DNA from: a virus
Length of the DNA stretch: 64,000 bases
Virus record (IMG/VR): IMGVR_UViG_3300035183_000720
Span: 3,144 to 67,143 of that record
Reading direction: 5' to 3' (one strand)
Part shown: positions 48,501 to 57,428 of the stretch, one piece after another
Position numbering within the stretch: the first letter of the stretch is position 1
Layout of the letters: every line of letters begins with the position of its first letter
Program-made: the position numbers and the translations under genes
Notes under the pieces: generated by a model
Seen by the model: the letters and a program-made list of their open reading frames with translations, nothing else
Database searches by the model: none
What the model was told of the DNA's origin: nothing

Positions 48501-49431
48501 CATGGCGAATGCTGTCATTTCTGATCTAAATGTCGAACAAGTGGATAATGATGAAGAGACTTTAGAACGAAAGAGCGTCGAGTATGATGTGTTTAACAAA
48601 TATCGTCATGGACAGATTGCTGTTAAATTCCTTCGTGAGTTTAGAGTTAATATCCCCGAGCAAGAGAAAGGACAGCAAGAGTTTCTGAAGTACATGCCCA
48701 ATACAGATGAGATTGATCCCGCCTTTCATGGTACAGGATCGGTCGCCGCCTCTATGGTCTTGCGTTATGGATTTGCCGTTATTAGAAGTGGCGACGAGTC
48801 GGTCGTTGGCCGCATGTTGGGTAATGGAATCTATTTCTCAAATGTGCTTGATAAGGTTGCTCAATATGTATCAGATGAAGGTTATACACGCGGAATTGGC
48901 ACTAGGGGTTATATCTTTCAAATGCATGCATTGCTTGGCGAAGAAGGTGTTGATTATAGATCCGCTGGACTTGGTAATGACCATATTGTTTCACCTGAGT
49001 GGTGTGTGTTCCAGCCCAACAAACAACTTAAAATTTACAAGGCATATGAAGTCGAAATCATTAGTAAAGATGACATGGATGCCTTGAAAGCAAAATACAA
49101 GATAAATGAGGAAACGGCGGTTAAGATGCTCTCTTTCAAAGAATTTTTACGCGAAGCAAGGACTCCAGGCAAACAAGTGACTACTTATGTGTTTGTCGAT
49201 GGAACAATTCCTGTTTCTGAACATAAAGCAGTTGATTTTGAACAATTCAAACCTGAACAATTCGGTCCTCATGTATGGCTCGAACCATCGAAGAATGGTC
49301 CTATGGTCTGTATTGAACACGATGGAGATCAAAGCGAAGCATTTTGTGTAAGATTTACGAATGCTTTCATGAGACAAGGGCAAGATTTGATGAAGTTCTT
49401 GAATTTGCTTCGGAAAAATGGCGCTCGGTAG
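45505..49431 (+). CDS. Large putative virion protein with PARP-type ADP-ribosyltransferase domain, paralog 1
   Basis: FHGTG, GRMLGNGIYFSNVLDKVAQY, SPEWCVF; starts MRFKEFIQLQE. Confidence 0.75.
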   Translation: MRFKEFIQLQENSLYTDPASKAALLADKERVMDSLMFNFFGFLGLYKLSDTRGYMKSYETTEGKLIVHNIGDTNHDVSLSIKLAYDAGLLNLDVVNKMTRLLALIKQKRLKSEDLNETLIRALLDEIHYATHKPSLRVFSIIQAFHNGALDLPNLAKELYQLAKLREYKNITGEFRDLVLKGQYNSLFAKLKPQANVTNDSPTTSEISAADIQDVNKQSQPKSSEPEKPVSPPPSKLGQTDEFMDGIFEAKDQAQFKELFKTYDVKEFDFDKFMKWFKSPKNKEKFPPGALDSPLYKWLLETLNSSTDQKVRQTVNGILEKILVNFISSYATSKDVRGFLEAIKDIDPKVVYTDEISKKSQKILLDALDELLDLFVSNVVGNAPDFSDATLAQLKKQYESFKAFAWKFGSEAKLNAVKTKEIFKTGFDKISVYALVLDLAYITYAEINLVAWLEKTFGRGSVLVTSRTNYRVPSFELRKSAYDQAPEEAQQAFELLIRNKIQNAKLIDIKNNGVEWARHWIYEGSIDSRDAHYKMNSYDKVDLKTFTKKEIDSAYEVFADLTPTVLINCIKTFCKIRTARLNDNGNAYYKNLKDIVIKLVKADKIEDVNWLVVCAGLDDLLFDEVTKLISNNKKYLDNLNGAIERLIDNRNDYDITYASIEKIYTWYSKLVEQGKIIPTAKVIIGIRLHGNDIYIMPKQEDIEEVFRELKSSRGSLNYLRWLVKHNDDLRKKIIKYNTTAGHGGEVNPARVPYSAIFLSDEDVTVGIIENFKQQWMINPKFDNIADYAFSKKLTDACYETMKEALKTSDNKLLILKALSAVDGKSFNDYFNNTDISVIKGVFSDRLVGSGDIINVLRTMAGNKEFISDIEPAAAAKFTTVLQESFQDKKKFDKSDRDELGMLLCELMASGIQINKYDVLEEIFNNLKGELRKTIIGYFVGYNFAERALKVIYADDVLIKPYEKLNHQRLLDVLRYNHVDPPSVSIREAPAFKTLLQRANMANAVISDLNVEQVDNDEETLERKSVEYDVFNKYRHGQIAVKFLREFRVNIPEQEKGQQEFLKYMPNTDEIDPAFHGTGSVAASMVLRYGFAVIRSGDESVVGRMLGNGIYFSNVLDKVAQYVSDEGYTRGIGTRGYIFQMHALLGEEGVDYRSAGLGNDHIVSPEWCVFQPNKQLKIYKAYEVEIISKDDMDALKAKYKINEETAVKMLSFKEFLREARTPGKQVTTYVFVDGTIPVSEHKAVDFEQFKPEQFGPHVWLEPSKNGPMVCIEHDGDQSEAFCVRFTNAFMRQGQDLMKFLNLLRKNGAR

Positions 49432-49479
49432 TCTAAATTGATGTGAGAAGTTATGTTTATACTATTTTCATATTTCAAG

Positions 49480-49487
49480 AATAAATA
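49480..49487 (+). promoter_or_regulatory. Late promoter (AATAAATA)
   Basis: Intergenic, upstream of paralog 2. Confidence 0.6.
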
Positions 49488-49544
49488 AAAGGTATTTGGC
49501 TTCTCTAAGATTGTCGTTTCACGGTTATCTACTTTGAGGGACAC

Positions 49545-52500
49545 ATGAAATTCAAAGAATTTTTAGAACTCCAGGAAAATAGTTTGTACACGGATTCTGC
49601 CACGAAAAACGCTCTTCTTGCAGACAAAGAACGCGTGATGGATAGTTTGATGTTCAACTTTTTTGGTTTTCTTGGATTGTATAAGCTGAGCGATACTCGC
49701 GGTTACATGAAAAGTTATGAGACGACTGAAGGTGAATTGACGATTCATGATATTGGCGACACTAACCACGATGTGAGTTTATCAATTAAATTGGCTTACG
49801 ATGCTGGTTTGCTGAATTTGGATGCCGTGAATAAGATGACTCGCTTGCTCATACAGATTAAGCAGAAAAAGCTAAAGAGTGAAGATCTTGATGAAACTTC
49901 GATTAGAGGTTTATTAGATGAAATTCATTATACCACTCACAAACCTAGCCTGAGAGTTTTTTCAATCATACAAGCATTTCATAATGGCGCCCTCGATTTA
50001 CCTAATTTAGCAAAAGAACTTTATCAACTAGCAAAGTTGCGAGAGTATAAAAGCACCACGAAAGAATTTCGCAATTTAGTTTTAAAAGGGCAGTATAATA
50101 GTCTTTTTGTGAAATTGAAGTCCCGAGTGAATACTATTAGTGATACCGCCGCCGCTCCCGAAATATCTGCAGTTGGCATTCAAAATGCGAACAAACAAAA
50201 TAAATCTAATTCCCCAAAAGCAGATAAATTAACACCGCCCCCTTCTTCAAAATTAGGGCAAACAGATGAGTTCATGGATGGAATTTTTGAAGCTAAGGAT
50301 CAAGCGCAGTTTAAAGAATTGTTCAAAACTTATGATGTCAAGGAATTCGATTTTGACAAATTCGCAAAATGGTTCAAATCATCCAAGAACAAAGAAAAGT
50401 TTCCTCCTGGAGTATTGAATAGTCCTCTTTGTAAATGGCTTCTAGAAACTTTAAATTCTTCGACAGATGAAAAAGTGCGTCAAGCCATTAATGATATTTT
50501 AGAAAAAATTCTAGTTAATTTTGTTTCGAGTTATACCACCTCGGGAGATATCAGAGGATTTCTTGAAGCTATCAAAGACATCGATCTAGAAGTTGTATCT
50601 ACAATAGAAATTTCTAGAAAAAGTAAAAAGACTCTTTCGAATTCTTTTGATGAACTATTAGATCATTTCGTTTCTGATATCATCGGAAATGCTCCTGATT
50701 TTTCAGATGCTACGCTGGCGCAACTTAGAAAACAATACAGGTCTTTCAAAGCATTTGCTTGGGAGTTTGGTGTTGAAATAGAATTAAGCGCAGCAAAAGC
50801 AGAAAAATTTTTCGATGCTGGGTTTAATAAGATTAGCGTCTATGTTTTAGCTTTAGATCTTGCCTATCTTACTTCTGCGCAAATTGATTATGTGAAATGG
50901 CTTGAAAAAGCTTTTGGTTCTGGAAGTGTGATTATCAAAGCTAATGGAAGTTCTAGAGCATTACCTCTTATACTGAAAAAAAGTGCTTATGATAAAGCCC
51001 CAGAAGAAGCCAAGCAAGCTTTTCAGTTGTTAATTCGAGATAGAGTTCAAGGCGCAAAGATAGTCGATGATGATAATGCTGGGGTGTCATGGGCGAAGCA
51101 TTGGATACATAATGTAGAATTGGCAAGATATGGTATTTATAATGAAATTGACAAATATAATGAAGTTGATCTTAAAGCATTTACTGAAAAGGAAATTGAT
51201 GAGGCATATGAAGTATTCGCTGCCCTGACGCCCGCAAAACTTACTAATTGTGTAGAAGTATTTTGTAAATTCGATACAGAAGGTTTAAGCGATAATGGGA
51301 GAGCTTATCTCAAAAATTTAGCAAAAGTGTTTGCTAAGTTAATAAAAGCAGGTAAGGTTAAAGATACCAATTTGCTTGTTGCCTGTGCGGCCAAAGATGG
51401 TGTATTATTCGATGCGGTCACTGAAGCGATTTCGAATGATAATGAGCATTTAAATAATTTAAATGCCGCTTTAGAAAATATATCCTCTACCTCTGAACAA
51501 ATCAAATATGGTGTAACTTCAGGGTCAGTACAAAAAATTTATAAATGGTACACAGAACTTGCTGATCAAGGAAAAGTTACCCCCACAGCAGATATAATTC
51601 TTGATATTATTAAATTTAAAGGGGAAAATCTTTTTCTTATGCCTAAACAGGAAGATGTTGAAAAGGTTTTTTCCACACTCAAAGGCCGCCAAGAGTCAAT
51701 TGATTATCTTCGCTGGCTGGTTAAACAAGACACTAAACTAAGAGAAAAAATTATCAAATATAACGAGACTGCCAGTCATGGCGGAGATGTTAACCCCGAT
51801 GAAGTACCTTATTCCGCAGTCTTTTTATCTGACAAAGAAATTACTGATGGGATTATTGAAAATTTCAAACAACAGTGGTTAACCAACCCCAAGTTTAATA
51901 ACATCTTAGATTATACTTTCAGCGAGAAATTAACTAATGCTTGCCGCGAAACAATGAAGAGGGTGTTGGAAACATCTGATAGTAAACCGTTTATATTAAA
52001 GGCGTTGAGTGCCGTTGACGGGAAAACATTCAATGATTATTTTAATAATACAGATATTTCTAAGGTGAAAGGGGTTTTTTCCGACAGTTTAACAAAGCCA
52101 GAAGATGTCGCTAATATACTCAGATCAATAGCCAGCGATAAGAAATTCATCGCTGATGTTGGACCCGCTGCTGCTGCCAAGTTTGTAGTTACTCTCCAGC
52201 AAACTCTTGGAGATAAGAAAAAATTTGATAAATCTTATCGAGATGAAATTCACAAGTTGTTCTGTGAATTTATGGTCCCGGGAATTGAATCTAATAAATA
52301 TGATGTTTTAGAGGAGATTTATAAAAACGCAAAGGGAGAATTCAAGAAAGCAATTGTTGATTATTTTGTGGGCTATGGTTTTTTGAAAAAAGCATCAGAA
52401 GCTATTTTCAGGGGTGACGATTTAATTAAACCTTACGATAGATTAGATTCACAGCGTCTACTTGACGTTCTTCGTTACAATAATGTTAATCCACCTTCCT

Positions 52501-53483
52501 TAACTGTCCGTGAAGCTCCAACTTTTAAAATGCTCTTACAAAGAGCAGATGCTGCAGGGGACATTATTCCCGATTTGAAGGTCGAACAAGTTGAGCATGA
52601 TAAAGAGTCTCTGGAACGAAAAAGTGTTGAGTACGATGTATTTAACAAATATCGCCATGGACAGATTGCGGTTAAATTCCTCCGTGAATTCAAAGTCAAT
52701 ATTCCGGAGCAAGAGAAAGGACAGCAAGAGTTTCTGAAGTACATGCCCAATACAGATGAGATTGATCCCGCCTTTCATGGTACAGGATCAATTGGCGCGT
52801 CCATGATTTTGCGTTATGGGTTTGCAGTCATTAAAAGGGGAGATGAAATGGTCGTTGGACGCATGTTAGGTGATGGAATCTATTTCTCGAATGTGCTCGA
52901 TAAGGTTGCTCAGTATGTGTCAGATGCAGGTTATACGCGTGGTATTGGTTCTAGAGGTTATATCTTTCAAATGCATGCATTGCTCGGTAAAGAAGATGTT
53001 GATTATAGAGCCGCTGGTCTTGGGGGTGATAATATCATTTCTCCTGAATGGTGTGTATTTCAACCTAACAAACAACTTAAAATTTACAAGGCATATGAAG
53101 CTGAAATCATTAGTAAGAATGACATGGACGCACTGAAAGCAAAGTATAACACAAATGAAGAAACAGCGGTGAAGATCCTCTCTTTCAAAGAATTTTTACG
53201 TGAAGCAAAAACTCCAGGCAAACAAGTAACTACTTATGTGTTTGTCGACGGAACAATTCCTATCTCAGAGCGCGAAGCAGTTGATTTTGAACAATTCAAA
53301 CCTGAGCAATTCGGCCCTCACGTATGGCTTGAGCCGTCTCAGAATGGGCCTATAGTTTGCATCGAACACGATGGGGATCAGAGCGAAGCATTTTGTGTAA
53401 GATTTACACATGCTTTCATGAGTTATAAAGATGATTTGAATAAATTTTTAAGTTTATTGAGAAGAAAAACAGTGGTTACTTAA
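49545..53483 (+). CDS. Large putative virion protein with PARP-type ADP-ribosyltransferase domain, paralog 2
   Basis: Colinear with paralog 1; FHGTG, GRMLGDGIYFS, SPEWCVF; starts MKFKEFLELQE. Confidence 0.75.
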   Translation: MKFKEFLELQENSLYTDSATKNALLADKERVMDSLMFNFFGFLGLYKLSDTRGYMKSYETTEGELTIHDIGDTNHDVSLSIKLAYDAGLLNLDAVNKMTRLLIQIKQKKLKSEDLDETSIRGLLDEIHYTTHKPSLRVFSIIQAFHNGALDLPNLAKELYQLAKLREYKSTTKEFRNLVLKGQYNSLFVKLKSRVNTISDTAAAPEISAVGIQNANKQNKSNSPKADKLTPPPSSKLGQTDEFMDGIFEAKDQAQFKELFKTYDVKEFDFDKFAKWFKSSKNKEKFPPGVLNSPLCKWLLETLNSSTDEKVRQAINDILEKILVNFVSSYTTSGDIRGFLEAIKDIDLEVVSTIEISRKSKKTLSNSFDELLDHFVSDIIGNAPDFSDATLAQLRKQYRSFKAFAWEFGVEIELSAAKAEKFFDAGFNKISVYVLALDLAYLTSAQIDYVKWLEKAFGSGSVIIKANGSSRALPLILKKSAYDKAPEEAKQAFQLLIRDRVQGAKIVDDDNAGVSWAKHWIHNVELARYGIYNEIDKYNEVDLKAFTEKEIDEAYEVFAALTPAKLTNCVEVFCKFDTEGLSDNGRAYLKNLAKVFAKLIKAGKVKDTNLLVACAAKDGVLFDAVTEAISNDNEHLNNLNAALENISSTSEQIKYGVTSGSVQKIYKWYTELADQGKVTPTADIILDIIKFKGENLFLMPKQEDVEKVFSTLKGRQESIDYLRWLVKQDTKLREKIIKYNETASHGGDVNPDEVPYSAVFLSDKEITDGIIENFKQQWLTNPKFNNILDYTFSEKLTNACRETMKRVLETSDSKPFILKALSAVDGKTFNDYFNNTDISKVKGVFSDSLTKPEDVANILRSIASDKKFIADVGPAAAAKFVVTLQQTLGDKKKFDKSYRDEIHKLFCEFMVPGIESNKYDVLEEIYKNAKGEFKKAIVDYFVGYGFLKKASEAIFRGDDLIKPYDRLDSQRLLDVLRYNNVNPPSLTVREAPTFKMLLQRADAAGDIIPDLKVEQVEHDKESLERKSVEYDVFNKYRHGQIAVKFLREFKVNIPEQEKGQQEFLKYMPNTDEIDPAFHGTGSIGASMILRYGFAVIKRGDEMVVGRMLGDGIYFSNVLDKVAQYVSDAGYTRGIGSRGYIFQMHALLGKEDVDYRAAGLGGDNIISPEWCVFQPNKQLKIYKAYEAEIISKNDMDALKAKYNTNEETAVKILSFKEFLREAKTPGKQVTTYVFVDGTIPISEREAVDFEQFKPEQFGPHVWLEPSQNGPIVCIEHDGDQSEAFCVRFTHAFMSYKDDLNKFLSLLRRKTVVT

Positions 53484-53501
53484 ATCATTCTGCTATTACA
53501 T

Positions 53502-53545
53502 CAGATGCCAAGTATTAATTTTGCGATTGAAATACTTGGCATCTG
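53502..53545. repeat. 15-bp perfect inverted repeat
   Basis: CAGATGCCAAGTATT (53502-53516) / AATACTTGGCATCTG (53531-53545). Confidence 0.85.
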
Positions 53546-53564
53546 GCGATTTTTATGTTATAAT
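53536..53564 (+). promoter_or_regulatory. Sigma70 promoter
   Basis: TTGGCA-17-TATAAT with extended -10 TG. Confidence 0.6.
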
Positions 53565-53620
53565 GTCAATTGATGATATCAAATGTTACACAAAATTTAC
53601 ACAGAATCAAAGAAAACGCA

Positions 53621-54211
53621 ATGATCACACATCTAAACTTCGACATTGAAACACTTGGTAAAAAATCTGATAGCGTGGTATTAAGTTTGTCATGTGTTGC
53701 TTTTACATTTGAGGATGATACTCCTTATTCGGAATACATACTAAATGGATTTTATGTTAAATTTGATCCTGTAGAACAAGTTAAGATGGGAAGAACGGTT
53801 GATCAGGATACAATAGAATGGTGGAAGAAACAAAGTGAAGAAGCTCGTAAAGTCACGAAACCTAGTAAAGACGATGTTCATCTCAAACAAGGGCTAAAAT
53901 TACTGCGAGAATACATTAAAAAAACAGACTATGATTGGAAGGTTGGTTACTGCTGGAGTCGCGGCAATTACTTTGACTTTCCCGTCATAGAGGATCTTCA
54001 TCGACAAATTGGCTTGGAATTACCATTCAATACTTGGAAGATTCGTGATATTCGAACCATGATTGATGTATTAACGGGTGATGATAGAGGGCAATATGAG
54101 TTACGTAACGGATTGCCTGCTGAGTACGTTGCTCACCATGCTCTGCACGACGCAGCGTTAGATGTGATGCGAATGAAAGAAATATTTAAAAGTCTGTTGG
54201 AAGGAGTGTGA
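53621..54211 (+). CDS. dexA: DEDDh 3'-5' exonuclease (DexA-like)
   Basis: FDIETLG, TIEWWKKQ, RGNYFD, RDIRT, HHALHDA. Confidence 0.85.
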   Translation: MITHLNFDIETLGKKSDSVVLSLSCVAFTFEDDTPYSEYILNGFYVKFDPVEQVKMGRTVDQDTIEWWKKQSEEARKVTKPSKDDVHLKQGLKLLREYIKKTDYDWKVGYCWSRGNYFDFPVIEDLHRQIGLELPFNTWKIRDIRTMIDVLTGDDRGQYELRNGLPAEYVAHHALHDAALDVMRMKEIFKSLLEGV

Positions 54212-54212
54212 T

Positions 54213-54506
54213 ATGAAAAAATTTGATTCTTTGACGTCTGAAATGGGTGTAACAATTCCCTCGAATCCGCAAGATCGTGCAGCCATCAAAGCTGTCATGC
54301 GAGATATCAGTGATGCAATGACCATGATTGAAGCCAGACGTGAATTCATTAAGGAAGAACTGAAAGCTCTTGCGGAGAAGTATGAAATGCCAGTGAAATT
54401 GTTAAGAAAAATGGCAAAAGCCTTTCATCGGCAAACCTTTGAAAAAGAAAGACAAGAAATGGAAGATTTTGAGATTTTGTATTCTTCCATCATTGGAGAA
54501 GAATAA
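54213..54506 (+). CDS. dsbA: dsDNA-binding protein (T4 DsbA-like)
   Basis: ISDAMT.IEA.REFIKE...LRKMAKAFH.Q.F..E pattern. Confidence 0.65.
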   Translation: MKKFDSLTSEMGVTIPSNPQDRAAIKAVMRDISDAMTMIEARREFIKEELKALAEKYEMPVKLLRKMAKAFHRQTFEKERQEMEDFEILYSSIIGEE

Positions 54507-54509
54507 ATA
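54502..54509 (+). promoter_or_regulatory. Late promoter (AATAAATA)
   Basis: Upstream of AAA ATPase gene. Confidence 0.6.
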
Positions 54510-54546
54510 ACAACGAATTAAAAATTTTTCATTTAGGAGTCTTCAC

Positions 54547-56022
54547 ATGCTTTCTTTCGAAGAATGGTTGACAGAAGCTTTTTCAGCTGCCAGTTCTAAT
54601 CGAGTTAATGAGCTCATCCGAAAATATCTTGAAAAGAAACTGGGCGGAAGAGTAGTTAAGATGCCTGGTATTGAAGAATTCAGTAATAGTATTGAAAAAG
54701 GTTTTGGTATTCGTTATTTTTATGGTGGAAATAAGAGTGTTCGTTTCAATTGGAAGTCAGCCATTAGTGCTATAAATCTTCATTCGGTTGACATTTGGTT
54801 AGGGAAAGGTCACGACCCTGATTTTCATATCGAATTTGATCAGGATGTTAGCATCGTCAAGATTTTGCCTAGTATTGTTGATGTATTGAAGAATCCTACA
54901 ATTGGCACATTTGAAGCCGTTCCTGCCGATAATTTGAACGAAGATACTGGTATTTCGATTGTCGCTGAAGCGACCATTCATGATATTTGGGATGAAGTCA
55001 TGAAGTATATCAAGAATGGCCAGCCTGTTCGTGTCGCAGAGATTTTTAAAACGCTAGGAAGTCGTGGTTATAAAATTATTAATGCTATTCGCGCTGAATT
55101 CCCAGATTCTTTTTCACAAGAAGGACGTACTATTGTATTTAATGGCGATGTACATGCCATTTATATCGCGAAAGATAAAATTCTGAATAAAATTGGCGGG
55201 ATTAAGATGCGAGTCACAAAAGGTGGCTCGAATGATACTGTTAAAGTTGATCCCAAGATAGAAGCGTTAGAAAAAGAAGGACTTGATAAGGTAGCTTATG
55301 AAGATCAATTGAAAGATCTTAGTGGTCTCGTCAAGTTGGTTGTGAAAGGAGCTTCGAACGCGCTTTTTGTTGCCGGTAGAGGTGGAATTGGTAAAACCCA
55401 TACCGTCGAGTCTGTTCTGAATGAATTAGGGTTACATGACGGCGAAGGCTATTTTAAGAACACCGGCAGTGCATCGGCTATTGGAATCTACAAGTTACTG
55501 TATAAACATCGTGATGATATCATTCTTTTCGATGATAGTGATGGGGCTCTTGCTGATCAAGATAGTCGAAATCTTCTCAAAGCCGCAACTGATACTAAGA
55601 AAGTCCGCAAGCTAGTTTGGAATAAGGACAGTAAGAATCTGGTTGATCCTGAAGAAATGGATGAAGATGATGATACTAAGATTCCCAAGTACTTTGAATT
55701 TACTGGAAAAATTATTTTCATTTCAAATCTTAGCATCGATAAACTTGATCCCGATGGTGCGCTGAGAACCCGCGCTTTAATGATTTCCATCGATCCGTCT
55801 GACGAAGAAGTTCTCAATTTCATGGAAAAAATCGTCAATAAAATTCCACTTGAGGATGGCCTGGAACTTGATGAAGCTGCTCGAAAAGAAGTTGTTGAGG
55901 TAATGCGAAAGAATATGCGGAAGGGTGATATCAATCTCCGTAAATTGGTCAGAGGTCTGAATATGCGTGCAGCTTTAGGTCCTGGAGATGAATGGGTACG
56001 TTTAGTTAAACTGTATGCCTAA
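54547..56022 (+). CDS. AAA+ ATPase with capsid-targeting-like N-terminus
   Basis: Walker A GRGGIGKT, Walker B ILFDDSD, FISN, ALRTR; starts MLSFEEWLTE. Confidence 0.8.
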   Translation: MLSFEEWLTEAFSAASSNRVNELIRKYLEKKLGGRVVKMPGIEEFSNSIEKGFGIRYFYGGNKSVRFNWKSAISAINLHSVDIWLGKGHDPDFHIEFDQDVSIVKILPSIVDVLKNPTIGTFEAVPADNLNEDTGISIVAEATIHDIWDEVMKYIKNGQPVRVAEIFKTLGSRGYKIINAIRAEFPDSFSQEGRTIVFNGDVHAIYIAKDKILNKIGGIKMRVTKGGSNDTVKVDPKIEALEKEGLDKVAYEDQLKDLSGLVKLVVKGASNALFVAGRGGIGKTHTVESVLNELGLHDGEGYFKNTGSASAIGIYKLLYKHRDDIILFDDSDGALADQDSRNLLKAATDTKKVRKLVWNKDSKNLVDPEEMDEDDDTKIPKYFEFTGKIIFISNLSIDKLDPDGALRTRALMISIDPSDEEVLNFMEKIVNKIPLEDGLELDEAARKEVVEVMRKNMRKGDINLRKLVRGLNMRAALGPGDEWVRLVKLYA

Positions 56023-56025
56023 ACC

Positions 56026-56382
56026 ATGAAACCTGCAGTAATAAATCTCACCATCTATCAAGGCAGTACTTTTTCACAAAAGTTCAAATGGAAGACAGGC
56101 AATCCTGCAACTCCTGTTAATTTGGCTGGATATACAGCTAGGATGCAGATTCGTGAAAAAATCAAATCTCCGAACTATATCATAAATTTAACCACAGAAA
56201 ATGGCGGGATTGTAATAACAAATGCCGCTAATGGAGAATTTTCAGTTGAAATTCCTGCTACCGTCACTGCTTCTATGAATTTCAAAGTTGGAGTATATGA
56301 TCTTGAATTTGTTTCATCTGGCGGAATTGTGGAGAGATTATTTCAAGGGACTATTACACTTTCTCCTGAGGTAACTAGATAA
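56026..56382 (+). CDS. Beta-sandwich fibre adaptor-like protein
   Basis: NLTIYQGSTF, NLAGYTARMQIR, YDLE, LSPEVTR. Confidence 0.6.
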   Translation: MKPAVINLTIYQGSTFSQKFKWKTGNPATPVNLAGYTARMQIREKIKSPNYIINLTTENGGIVITNAANGEFSVEIPATVTASMNFKVGVYDLEFVSSGGIVERLFQGTITLSPEVTR

Positions 56383-56618
56383 TGTCTGAGACTATCGTTG
56401 TCGTAGAAAACGACACTATAGTAATTACTGTAGAAAAAGATCCTATTGTGATTGAAAAGATTGAAGTAGGGCCACAAGGGCCGCCAGGGCCTTCAGGGCC
56501 TCCAGGGCCGCCAGGACCTTCGGGGGTAATTAGCGCAGATGATGGAAATGCACTTACACATGGATCTGATGGTGGTTTATATTGTCCTGCGGTTATAAGT
56601 TCAACAACACATTGGTAA
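56382..56618 (+). CDS. Short collagen-repeat protein
   Basis: GPQGPPGPSGPPGPPGPSG; ISADDGNAL..GSDGGLY. Confidence 0.75.
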   Translation: MSETIVVVENDTIVITVEKDPIVIEKIEVGPQGPPGPSGPPGPPGPSGVISADDGNALTHGSDGGLYCPAVISSTTHW

Positions 56619-56633
56619 ATCTAGAGAGGTTAT

Positions 56634-57200
56634 ATGGCACTCATCAAAATTCATAAAACTACTACTTTGCCCGGCACGCTCGAAGGGCATAGTGTCTATC
56701 TCGTCGCGCCATCAACAAAACCCAATTACGTCGAGATGTATGTCACCAATGCGGCGGGTACTCAGGCGCGACGCATTATTAACTCAGATGACATCCAGGC
56801 GATGATTGATGCGTCCCTAGCGGGTTCTGGTAGTAATATCGAGATCGTCGCGGATATTGCCGCGCGTGACGCTCTCACAAAAACTAATGGCAAATACGTA
56901 CTAGTACTTGATGCGACCGGCGATTCGACTGTTAACAGTGGCGCGGCGTCTTATGTTTGGCGAGCAGCTACCAATCAGTGGATCAAGCTGACTGAATACG
57001 AGTCGATGGATCTGACCATCACCTGGGCAATGATCCAGGGCAAACCATCTTCGTCTCCCTCGGCTATCGACACTGCAGTGTCAAACAGCCACACGCACCC
57101 CAATCTTACGCAACTTGGTAAGGTCGGGGAGGATGCCAACGGCGATTTTACCTATAACGGCGACTATCCGCGGGCGAGGTTAGAAACATCAGGCTGGTAA
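56634..57200 (+). CDS. Fibre-associated protein
   Basis: VADIAARDAL, DATGDSTVNSGAASY, WIKLTEYESMD. Confidence 0.6.
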   Translation: MALIKIHKTTTLPGTLEGHSVYLVAPSTKPNYVEMYVTNAAGTQARRIINSDDIQAMIDASLAGSGSNIEIVADIAARDALTKTNGKYVLVLDATGDSTVNSGAASYVWRAATNQWIKLTEYESMDLTITWAMIQGKPSSSPSAIDTAVSNSHTHPNLTQLGKVGEDANGDFTYNGDYPRARLETSGW

Positions 57201-57203
57201 GGC

Positions 57204-57416
57204 ATGGCTGCAATACGATTTACTAAAGTTGTAGCAAATTTACCAGCAACGCTTGAGCCCAATACACTTTACTTAGTGCGAGTCGGGGCAGGCTTTGACT
57301 TGTATGCTTCTGATATGACAGGAAGCGTCGCGTACTTAATTAACAAAGACACTTCAACCCCCTCTACCAACCTAGGACTTGTATATGCTATGCGCCTTAA
57401 TATGTTTGTGCTTTAA
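57204..57416 (+). CDS. Small fibre-associated protein
   Basis: KVVANLPATLEPNTLYLV, similar to the N-terminus of the preceding ORF. Confidence 0.6.
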   Translation: MAAIRFTKVVANLPATLEPNTLYLVRVGAGFDLYASDMTGSVAYLINKDTSTPSTNLGLVYAMRLNMFVL

Positions 57417-57428
57417 GGAGTAAAACAC

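Noticed and set aside
45505-53483. Orthologs of T4 Alt/ModA
   Set aside because: The motifs are HGT / GIYF / E (PARP clade), not R-S-E; only the role may be analogous
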